Below, in pieces: positions 50,701-62,700 of a stretch of 64,000 nt of DNA; position 1 is the first letter of the stretch, and every line of letters starts with the position of its first letter. Origin of the DNA: Barthelona sp. PCE (lineage: Eukaryota); contig JAUFOR010000005.1 in assembly GCA_040285745.1 (NCBI GenBank), positions 620,001-684,000 on the forward strand, written 5' to 3'. The position numbers and the translations under genes are program-made. The notes beneath the pieces were generated by a model that worked only from the letters and a program-made list of their open reading frames with translations, ran no database searches and was not told where the DNA came from.

Positions 50701-53700
50701 CTTCTTATATCCATATCCCTCACCGAAGCCAAACACGTGACCGAAGCGAAGCGCGGACGGCATGCTGTAATCAGCAAGCATATCCTTAAAGAACGTCTTT
50801 GCAGCGCTACTGTCGAGTGCCTTGATATACTTGACATATTCTAGATATGACGCACTTGCCGTTTTAATGGGAGCAACAACCTGCTCACTCTTGAGAGTGT
50901 TGAGGATGTGCAAGAAATCATCAAATAGAACTGCTGTTCCCCAAGCATCAAGCAAGATATGGTGATGAGAGAAAAGCAAAACGACGCATTCAGGTGAAGC
51001 AAGCCAGTATACACGAACTGGGGGAGCGTTGAAGAGATCGAAACCACGGATGGCGTCAGCTTCAACTATGTTTTGAACATCATCATCTGAATATGCGCGC
51101 ATTTCCTCATGTATCCAGACAACATTGGCTTCTTCAGGCTTGATAGTGATCATATTAACACTGAAATCTGTTGTTCTGGCAAGATAGGAGCGTAGGATCG
51201 GATGACGTTCAACCAGTAAGTCGAAAGCCTGGTGCACCAGAGACTCCGGAGTATTGACGTCCAGCTTGAACAGCGGCTGCTCAACATAATAGTCTGAAAG
51301 ATCGGAGTCCTGGGCTGTCAATGAAGCAAAGTACATACCCATCTGCATGGTACTCAGCGCTGAGACAGACTCAAGTTTTGACACTAGATGCATGTTCGAT
51401 GCAATGAACTCAGAAGTTACAAGACCGTCAAAATCTGATGGTGTGTAGAAATGAACAATATCAATTGATGTAACAAGCAAAGACACGTATAATTTAAACT
51501 TTGTGATCAAATCGGATACAAACTGGTTGCTGTATGAGTCAGAGGATGCCAGAGACGCAGATAATATTCCGTCACTCAGTGAAGCGTTAAAATCAATGGC
51601 AAACTCCATGAAATTACGATCATCGACATACGCACCTAAACTGTAATCGCACATATCACACAACCCAGTGTTTGAAACTGATGAATTGAATTGACCCAGG
51701 TAGTTAAACGATACAACTGCGGGTTGATCTTTAACATAAATACCATCACCAGCGTTGCGGCGCATATCTTTAATGGCTCGAAGAGCATCAAGCGGCTGAT
51801 CAACCGATATCACACTTGATTCCTGAGGATCCAGCGTGAATTGGTGTGTAAACCAACCAACTGTGTTGGACACGTCAGCTGCGGAGGTGAGTCGGTCAAA
51901 CCGACCGTGAGACTCAATGTTCATTGCTGTTGAGTGCTTCATATCAACCAGAGCCAGTGTGAGAGCCCCAAGAAGTATCTCTTCCACATTGATTCGGTCT
52001 GTTTCGTTGGCAACATCAACGATGCGTTTTGAAATGGACTCATCCAGCTCGAATTCCTCACGTCTGGCGTCAGCATATGAACAATCGGTGTACTGTGCCG
52101 TACGCTCACCGATCTCCTCGTTGACAACAGCCATGTATTCGTTAAAGGCGGAATCGTAGTCGATGGGGGCGGCTGGATCCTCAAGGTGATACTTGAGTGA
52201 GTCAGCAACAATCCTCCAACTAACACCATCAATGACCAAGTGATGCGCAACAATCAATAACAAAGATGCACCAGGGGTCGTCAGGTGTGTTGCACAAACG
52301 TTGCACTTGTCGATAGCAATCTTCTGATGCATTTGTTCTCCCAGACGTGTTACCTCAGTACTTATATCACAACCAGCGTTCAGATCAATGTGATCGACCG
52401 TGGATGGTGACATGGGAAGTGCAAAACACTTGCTGTCAACAAAAACAGAGCGCAACAACGGCTGTGATAGAATAACCTTCTCAAACGCAGCCTTAATTTT
52501 TTCGGTTGAATATCCGTCCACGTTAAGGACAACACCCAGGTTGTAGTGGTTAATATTGTCGTGAGTTCGTGAAAGGTACTGCTTCATGATATTCGACATA
52601 ACAATTTCGCCAGTAAAGATCTTCTTCTCAGTTTTCACCTCCAAGCGAGCGTGGTCAGCCAGCTGCTCGATGGTTGGATATTTGAAGATATCGCGCACCG
52701 ATATAGTGATGCCTTGACGTCGACAACCAGAGACGATCTGAATGCAGAGGATCGAGTCACCACCAATTCTGAAGAAATTATCAGTGATACCGAACGCGGT
52801 CTCGCCTACCTGAAGGACACGAGCCCAGACGCCGTGAAGCGCCCTTTGAACATCGGTCTTCGGCGCAACGAAATCGCTGTTGACAAGAACAGGTACGTTC
52901 TCGCTCGCAACAAGAGCTTTGCGGTCAACCTTTCCGTTATGCGTAAGTGGGAACTCCAAAACGCAAACATATCCAGTGGGAATCATGTAGTGCGGCAGTT
53001 TCTTTGTGACTGAATTGTTGAGGTCTCTTACATACAGCTCCATATCGGGTGTGACAGTGAGATACGCAATGAGACTGTCATTATTCAGCAGAACAACAGC
53101 AGTATCGACTTCGGGTTCGTTCATGAGCACTGCTTCAATCTCGCCAAGTTCAACACGGTAACCACGGATCTTGACTTGGTTATCCATACGACCAGAGAGC
53201 ACACAATTACCATCACTGCGCCAGCGACCACCGTCACCTGTACGATACACTCTGTGACCGTCAACGGTAACAAAACGCTTAGCTGTAAGATCAGGCTGGT
53301 TGACATATTCTAGAGCAACACCGCTGCCGCCAATGAATATCTCACCCTGTACGCCGACTGGGCACCTCTGCATATTTTGGTTGAGAATAAGTACAGACTG
53401 GTTTGCAAACGGCACACCAATGGGAACACCAGATGAAGTTGGATTCTCAATTACACCCTTGAAGAACGTTGTGTCAATGGTGGCCTCAGTGAGACCGTAT
53501 GAGTTGATCATGACACCGTTGGGAATTAACCAATTGAATGTAACAAACTCGCGCTCTGACCAGAAATCAGAACCACATGCGAGCAGCTTGAATGATGGAA
53601 GACGCGTGTCAGTCTCATGGCAGTATTCATAAAGAACACGCATAACGGCTGGAACAAATTCCGCAACGTTGATGGAATTCTCAATGATGTACGCTGCGAG

Positions 53701-56700
53701 CTGATCAGGCATAAGCAGCACATCTCGATCGAGGATGTACATCGTACCACCAGTCGTTAATGCACGGCAGAAATCACCAGTACACACGTCGAATGAGAAA
53801 GAGGCCATCTGAAGGTGGCGCATATGGGGCTCCAACTCATAAGCGGTCTTCCATGCAAGAGCGGCGTTCACAACAGCATTGTGTGAGATGGAGACGCCCT
53901 TTGGTAGCCCGGTGGATCCAGAAGTGAAAATAACATAAGCAGGAGAATCGTGTGTGACATGTGACAGAGTGGGAAGTTCAACAGGGCTGGAAGCAAGGAT
54001 ATCCTCGACAACCAAGCACTTACATTCCTTGAAACGCCCCACCTGAGATCTTGAACAGACAACAACTCGGATTCCACCAAGCTTAAGCATGTGGTCAACA
54101 CGGTTTTGAGGTAACTTAATATCAATTGGGCAGTAGGCACGACCTCCAGCGAGGACACCAAATGCACCTATGGGGGCAGCAACACCGCGCTCAACAGCAA
54201 CGCCTACGAATGTTCCTGGATCTGTTGAAGCAATAGCACATGCCACCTTTGAGATAGCAATTTCAAACTCTGCGTATGTGTAAGTCTCCTCCTTGTACAC
54301 AAAGGCAGTGACATCGGGATGCGTTCTGCATGTATCTAACACAAGTTCGTGGAACAGTTTATCATGCTTCACACTATCGTGCTCACCCTCAATTGTCTCC
54401 AGTAACTCAGTCTCGCTTCTTCCCAGCGGTAGCTGGATAATGGGTGTGGCAACGCTATCAATAACAGAACGAATGATTGCCTCGAACGAATCGCAAAGAC
54501 GAACAATGGTTGACTCGTCGAAGAGCTCAGTGCAATATTCAAACTGAATCCAAAGGCTGTCTGTATCAGAATCAGCCTTACCCACCAATGCAAGATCGAA
54601 CTTGGCTTTATCGAAGCTGAAATCTGATGAGTCAACATCTAAGCTGACAAAATCGAGTTCAGCATCATCAATAATCATAAAGTCGAACATGGTCTGGAAA
54701 ATTGGATTCTGATTCAGTCTACGTGGTACGTCAAGCTCATCAAGAAGTTTCTCAAATGGAACGTCCTGGTTATCATACGCCTCAAGAAGGTTGAGACGAG
54801 TGGCGTGCAGTACGTCAAGTACCGTCATAGAACTGTCGAAGTCAGCCCTAATCGGTAATGAGTTGACGAATAGACCGATAAGCGACTCTATAGCTTCGAA
54901 GTGGCGATTTGCAATGGAAACACCAACAACCACAGAATCGGAACAGCTGTAACGATAAAGTAACAACTGGTATACGGTGAGTACGAGCATGAACATTGTG
55001 CAGCCCTGTGTCTTTGTAACCGATTCGAGACCGGCAACTACGTTAGGGATCTCAAAGTTATAGAACTTACCGTCATACATGAGTGTTTCGGGACGAGACC
55101 TATCATAAGGCAAGACGAGTGAGAGGTCTTGAACACCGCTGAGACGTTCACGCCAAAATGCAACCTGTTTGTCCATGACTGACTTGAGGTAATCCTTTTG
55201 CCACAGAGCGAAGTCGCAATACTGCGCTTCAATCACGGGCAGTTCGGGGGTCTCACTTCGAACAGCTGCATTGTACATAGTCTGGAGCTCCTTCGTCATG
55301 AGACTCATGGACCAACCATCAGTACAGATATGGTGTGCGTTGAGCAAGAGCATATGCTCATCTTTACCCATGCGCTGAATAAGAGTAACTCTGAATACAG
55401 GACCGGTCTCCAGATCAAACACCGTCATGACTTCATCGTTGGCCTTCTCGATAATGTCGTCCGTCGTCATAAGATAGTTGAACGGCGCAAAGACCTCACC
55501 GGTCGGGATGCGCTGAACAATAGCACCGTTAATGTCTTCATGGTATGTGGTAACCAGTATGCGGTGGCGTGTTACCAAACCGTTCAGAGCACAGCGAAGT
55601 GCTTCGATGTTGATGGATCCGTTGATATTGAAAAGAATGGGTACGTTGTACATAGCACTTGAACCCTCCAATTGATCGATGAAGTAAAGTCTTTGCTGAG
55701 CAAAAGAGAGCGGTACCTCAACGTAGTCAACGCTCATATCCAAATTAACAGTCTTCTTCAAAGGTTTGAATGAAACTGTTTGCTCCTGTGCCAGACGCTC
55801 ACTGATCATCTTACATAAGGAAACAATCGTGAGTGAGCCGAAAAGTTGATGAAGTGGAATTTGAATATTGAAAATCGACTTGATCCTTGACGCTAACTGT
55901 GTTGCCAACAGTGAGTGACCACCAACATCGAAGAAATTGTCAACAGTGGACACACTGGGAAGACTCAATAACTCCTTCCATGTATCGACCATCTGAGCTT
56001 CCAGCGCAGACTTGGGAGCAACAATTTCCATCGATGAGACTTGCATAGATGGTGCTGGGAGTGCCTTTCGATCGACCTTATCGTTGGGAGTTCTGGGGAT
56101 GCGATCCAGCAGAACAATAGCTGATGGAACGCAATACTTTGGAAGCTCTTCGCTACATACATCACGAGCGAGCTTCTTACGTGCGATTGCAACATCACCG
56201 TCGATGATACCATCACTAGGGACAATATACCCAACAAGCTTAAGATCGCCGTCATCCTTACGAGCAACGACAACGCATGACTCAGTGAAATCCAAACCGC
56301 TGAGAACATTCTCGATTTCACCCAATTCAATACGGTGACCACGAATCTTGACCTGGAAGTCTAGTCTTCCGATGAATTCAAGCTGTGAGTCAAAGCGGAA
56401 ACGACCCAGATCGCCTGTTCGATACATACGACTTCCAAAGCGTTCAGGAAGACCAAGCTCCTCAGCGAAAGGATCGTGCACGAACTTATCATCTGTGAGA
56501 TCAGGGCGCAGATAGTATCCGCGACCAACACCAATACCACCAATGTGCAACTCACCAGCAACACCTAGAGGGACGATGCGATTGAGCTTATCGAGTGCAT
56601 ACACTGTGCAGTTATGCATCGCCTGACCGATCGGCGGAGCCGCGTAGTCAAGATCCAGTGTGCACTCGTAGACAGCCGTATCGATTGATGTCTCGGTGGG

Positions 56701-59700
56701 ACCGTAAATGTTCCACAATGAGACATGAGGGAACATACGCATGAAGCGACGGTCAGCAGTGATGGGCAGCGCCTCACCTTCGTTAAACACATACCTTAAA
56801 TGAGGGAATGTGTTACCGTCAGTGTAGTCGAGCCACACCGAAAGCAAAGAACCAACGAGACCGCAAATCGTGATACTATTATTTGCCAAGAACTTTGTGA
56901 TCTCAGTAACATCATTGTGCTTACCAGGTGGCATGAGCCACAACTGAGCACCGTGGACAGCAGTAGCAAAGACCTCCCAGACCGAAACATCGAAAGAGAA
57001 GGGGGACTTTTGCACGACACGATCAGATCCATCGTCCTTAAAGAACTGTGCCATCCACAGCAGACGGTTAACCGTTCCTCGGTGGATGATACAGATACCC
57101 TTCGGCTTTCCGGTTGAACCTGATGTGTACATTACGTATATCAAGCTGTTGGGACCTGTTAGATTAACGGGGTTCTCTGTTGGGTACTTTGCAAAATCAA
57201 CACTGTTATAATCGAGTAGCTGTCCATCAAACGTAAATGATGTGAAACGACTCAGAAGTGAAGTCTCTGAAATAATAACTGAGAGTCCGCTGTGCTCGAT
57301 ATAGTACTGGATACGGTCATCAGGATAAGTGGGATCAAGGGGTAGATACGCCGCTCCGGCCTTAATAATACCCCAAAGACAAATGATGAGCATTATAGAA
57401 CGATCGACAGCTAAGCCAATGATACTCTCCGGACCAGCACCTTGATCACGTAAGAAATGCGCAACCCTGTTTGCAGCGGCATTGAGCTCGCCGTATGTCA
57501 TACTTGTACCATCGTACGATACAACGGCAACACGGTCAGGATGCATGCTAACACGATCCTCAATGAGCTCGTGAACACATTTATGATCGGGTATGTACTT
57601 CCTACATCCGTTGAGACCGTGAAGGATGTGCTGTCTTTGCTGAGGGTGGATAATCTCAACATCAAGCACGGTTTGAGCTGTGTTGGAGAGCATATTGTCA
57701 AGTAAGAAGTGGAAGTTCTCTGACATACGTTCAATGGTACCCTTCTCAAAGAGTTCAGTCGAATACTCCCACTCAAAAGTGACAGTACGAGCGCTCCTAT
57801 CCTCATGGGCGATTAGAGAAAGATCAAACTTGGCGAGTGGTACTTCAGGCATAAAGTCTTCCACTGTACATCCATTAATATCAAACACCTCTTCATCACT
57901 GGAGACGAGATTGAACATTGTCTGGAACACAGGGTTAAGGTTAGCCTGACGGGCAACACTAAGATGATCCACTAGCTTCTCAAACGGAATATCTTGATGC
58001 TCATATGCGGAAATGCACTTCTTGTATACATACTTCACGAATGAATCAATGGATGCACTTTCGTCAAAGTCAAGAGCAATAACAATAGTGTTAACGAAGA
58101 AACCAACGAGGTTTTCCACGTCAGAACTATGTCTGTTAGCAATAGGTGTTCCGATATTGACATACTCTTGGTTTGTGTAACGGTGCAAAAGAATACCGAA
58201 AACTGAAAGAAGCAAGTGGTACACTGTACATCCAAGCGTTTTGGTCAACTCAATACATTTTTCATATACGGCTGTATCTACAGTTGTGTGGAACGTGTGT
58301 CCCGTATATGTGAGCTGAAGTGGACGTGGGTTGTCGAACGGAAGCTGTAAAGGAGTATCCTTGCCTCGCAGTTCTCCACGCCAAAAGGCAAGTTGACGGT
58401 CAAGCTCAGCACCTGTCAGGAATTCTCTTTGCCATACAGCGTAGTCAAAATACGTAACTGGCAACTGTGGAAGTGACGCCGTCTTGTGTGCAAGGGCAGC
58501 GTTGTACAATGATGATAGATCTCGAAGAAGAATGTCCATAGACCAACCATCTGAGCAGATGTGGTGCATACAGAGCGCAAGTACATGGCTCTTGCGACCA
58601 GTGTCTGTCAGTGGGATCAGAGCAACGCCAACCACAGGACCATTGACAATATCAAAGTCTTGTTGGAAATACTCTGAAACAATATCTCTTGCCTCGTCTG
58701 AAGTGCGTGCATCATATAAAGTGAGAGGGAATGCAGCTACACCACCCAGTACCTGAACGGGTTGACTGCCACGTGACTCTGTTCTGATACGCAGCACTTC
58801 GTGTCTCTCGTACAAAAGATCCAGCGCCTCACGCATAGCCTTGATATTGAGCTCGCCGTCAACACGGTATATAGATCCCATGTTGTAGAGAGCCGAAGTG
58901 TCAAGCAACTGACCCAGAATCCATGAACGAAGTTGTGCAAATGAAAGAGGCGCCTCAATTCGCTCCTTATGAGAGATGTTTCGAGTTGATTTGTGTTGCT
59001 TATTTGCAGCACCAACATATTCAGCCAGTGCTACGACGGAGGGTTTATCGAAGAATGAAGAAAGCGACACCTCAACAGAGAAGACCTTCCTAATACGTGC
59101 AACGACCTGTACGGCCAAGAGAGAGTGTCCTCCAAGCGAGAAGAATGACTCAACACACGAAAGCTTCTCCAATTTGAGTAGTTCGCAGAAAATATCATGA
59201 ATCTCTTCCTCTGTCTGGTTTGTAGGCTCAACAATGTCATTCTGAGACACGAATAAATTAGATGATGTTGGTTCGGGGAGACGCTTCCTGTCAATCTTAA
59301 TTGTTACTGTTTGTGGGAACTTCTCCATGACAGTAAGGTAAGTAGGAATCATGAACTTTGGAAGTGCCTTAATGCAGTGAGCGTATAAAGAAGGCAAGAA
59401 ATCCGAGTCTGGTTTCTTGAGTGTTACATAGAGAGCTAATCTCTTCTCGCCTGACTTGATAACAACTGTTGTGATTGCACCCGAAACATTGGGGTGTGTC
59501 ATAACAACGTTGTCAATTGCTGTGGGCTCGATACGGAAACCACGGATCTTGACCTGATGGTCGCGTCTGCCAACAAACTCAATAAAACCGTTCGGCAATC
59601 GACGGACAAAATCTCCTGAGTTATAGACACGGTCGGTGAATGTAGCGGTGGGTTTCCAATCTATGAAGGATTTCTCGGTGAGATCTGGTCTGTTGACATA

Positions 59701-62700
59701 ACCAACACCTGTATGAGCGCCACCAATCATCAGCACACCAACAACACCCTGTGCGACAGGTTCGTATGTTGATGGGTTGACAACATACAATGAGCAGTTA
59801 GGCATATGCTGACCGATGGGAACCGAACGATCTGTAACGGTATGCTTCGTAATATTGTACCAACTTGAATAAACTGTTGCCTCCGTAGGACCGTACACGT
59901 TCATCAGAACCCGTGGAGCGTTGTCTGATTCTAACACAGCACAAACAGTTGCCTTTGACATTGCCTCACCACCAGTGGAAAGCGTGTCAAATGCCTTGAG
60001 AGCTGCAGGGTGCATTTTGGCAACGGCGTTAAAAAGCGCTGTGGTCATAAAACCCCACTTAGGACGAACGCGAATCAAAATATTAGCGTATTTCTTGAGA
60101 TCAAGTACCATTACCTTCGGTACCAGGTGAACAGTACATCCGTTTGCGAGACCGACGTGGATCTCAATCATGTGAGCGTCAAACGCTAGAGTACTAGCGC
60201 ATACAATACTATCACCCTCACCCAGTGAAACCAGATCGTCCATCTCCATTAGTGCGAGAAGGTTACGGTGGCGGATGACACATCCCTTAGGGACTCCTGT
60301 TGTACCAGATGTGTAGATGATGTACATGATATCATTGTGTTGAGCAAGGTCAAGTTCAGTTGCAGGAGCGGGAGAATAATGCTCTGAATCAGAAACTAGT
60401 TTATCAAGAGTAATGATATCGTACTCGCCCGCAAGAGCCTCGCGGGTGTCATCACGCATCGTCTCTACAATAACAAGAGAGACACCTGCATCACCAGCAA
60501 TGAACTGGGCACGATCAACGGGTATGTCAACAGGAATGGGAACATAGACTGCGCCCAGTCGAATAATGGCATATATGACAGCAGGAGCCATCAAAACGCG
60601 GTCACTCGAGAGCAAAACATATGATCCCCGTGTGACACCGCACTCGTCCCTGAGGTACGTCGACATACGGTCAACAGTTGAAAACAGTTGTCTGTAACTG
60701 AGCGTCTCGTTCGTTTCACAATCAACTACAGCAACAGCGTCTGGCTCTGAGAACACCATTGATCTGGCATGCACGGTAGCATAATCCAAATACGAAGTTG
60801 ATGGTTCTCTGTTCTTCTTGTTGAACTGCATGATTTCTGTCTCAATAACTGCGGGTGTAGCGCTTGATAAGTTCTCGAACTTAATGTCAGCCAGATTCTT
60901 CTCAATGAATTGTCTGGTTATATGCTCGTACACTGATGATATTATCTCAATTGTATCTTTTGAGAACATATCAACGTCGTAATCGATGGAAAACTCAAAT
61001 GAGCCATCAGTTTCAAGAACAGTCACACTGAGATCAAACTTTGCAGCCTTCTGCTCAGTTTCCAGTTCGGAAACGGGGATTCCATCAAACTCTGGCAATT
61101 TCTGACGCATGTTCAACATGTTAAAGGTAATTTGGAAAATGGGATTGGCGTTTGCCAGTCTTGGCATCTGCAGCTTCTCAACGATTTGTTCAAAAGGAAC
61201 GTCTTGGTTATCAAACGCACTCAATAGAGTTTCCTTTACGGTTGCGATGAATGCGTCCATATGGACAACGTCCTTCGTAACTCTGACAGGAAGAGTGTTA
61301 ATGAAGAATCCAATCAAGTCTTCAATTTCGGTTATGCGACGACCAGCGACAGGACATCCAATCACAACTTCATCACCGTCAGAGAAGTGGAGCAGCGTTG
61401 CTGAAAAAGCTGAAAAGAGAGCCATATATGTAGTGACACCCTTGTTGTGACAAAGAGACTTGACACCTTCAACAATGTCTGAACCAAATTCAAACGAGTG
61501 GGAGGCACCTACAAATCGGGACTTATCAGGGCGAGGGTGATCACTGAATACGGTGTGCAATGCAGATGATCCCTCCAGGTGCTTGAGCCAGAACTGAAGT
61601 TGGCTTTCAACAACGGAGCGGGATAGCGTAACGCGTTGATTAACAGAAAAATCAGTGTACTGGAATACAGGCTCTCTTACCTTACCGCCCGCGTAACGAA
61701 CCGCCAGTTCATCAAAGAAAAGGCCAACTGACCAACCATCACTGATGATATGGTGCATATTGACAACGATAGCAGTTTTTCCATCGTCGCAGTGTGCCAC
61801 CTTACAGTAGAACATGGGTCTATGGAATGAAAAGTTGTGTTCTGATGCTTCTTGAGCCCACTTTTGGGCGATAATCTTCGATTCAAGAGTTGACGTCTCA
61901 TAGACAAAACAATCTGAATCTACATCAACGATTTTCTGCGCTACAACACCCATGTCATCGACAAATACAGTTCTCAGTGAGTGCTGGTCGTGAGCAATGT
62001 CGTAAATTGCGTTTCTGATGCGGTCGATGTCCAGCATATCATCAACAATAAACTCGACGTGCATATTATACAGAGAAGATGCATCGATTAACTTACAGAC
62101 GAGCCACAGACGCTGCTGTGCGAATGAGAGCTCGTAAGAAGCCTTGTTGTGCTTCTCGAACGATGAAACTGAAGCACGATTCATTACAGAAGTCAGCGAA
62201 CTGATGGACTGACTGAGAGTCTCCGGTGTCGGGTTGACAAAAATGTGACTCACCTTGATCTTTTGATTGAGCTCCTGTGAAAGGCGGGCAATTACCTGTG
62301 TGGCCACAAGCGAGTGACCACCCAGATCGAAGAAACTATCGCGTATACCGACAGTGTCAACACCTAGTACCTCCTCAAAGACGCGACAGATAAGCTTCTC
62401 GATCTCTGTCGTTGGTTCAACATAATTCGACACAGAAACAGTCTGAGCAACAGAAGGCTTTGGCAAGGTCTTGCGGTTAACTTTACCTGATGTTGTCTTG
62501 TTAAAGTGTGATACAACAATATAGCGAGCAGGAACCATGGTGAGTGGCAGCTTCGTAAGCATAAACTGACGTATGTTCTGAACGTACTCGGTGTTATGCA
62601 GAACAACCAACTCATCTGATTCGGTCAAGTGAGAATACTCATGCTCGCGGGGAACAACATACGCACACAGATAGTTATCTCCCGACTTATCCTTAACAAC

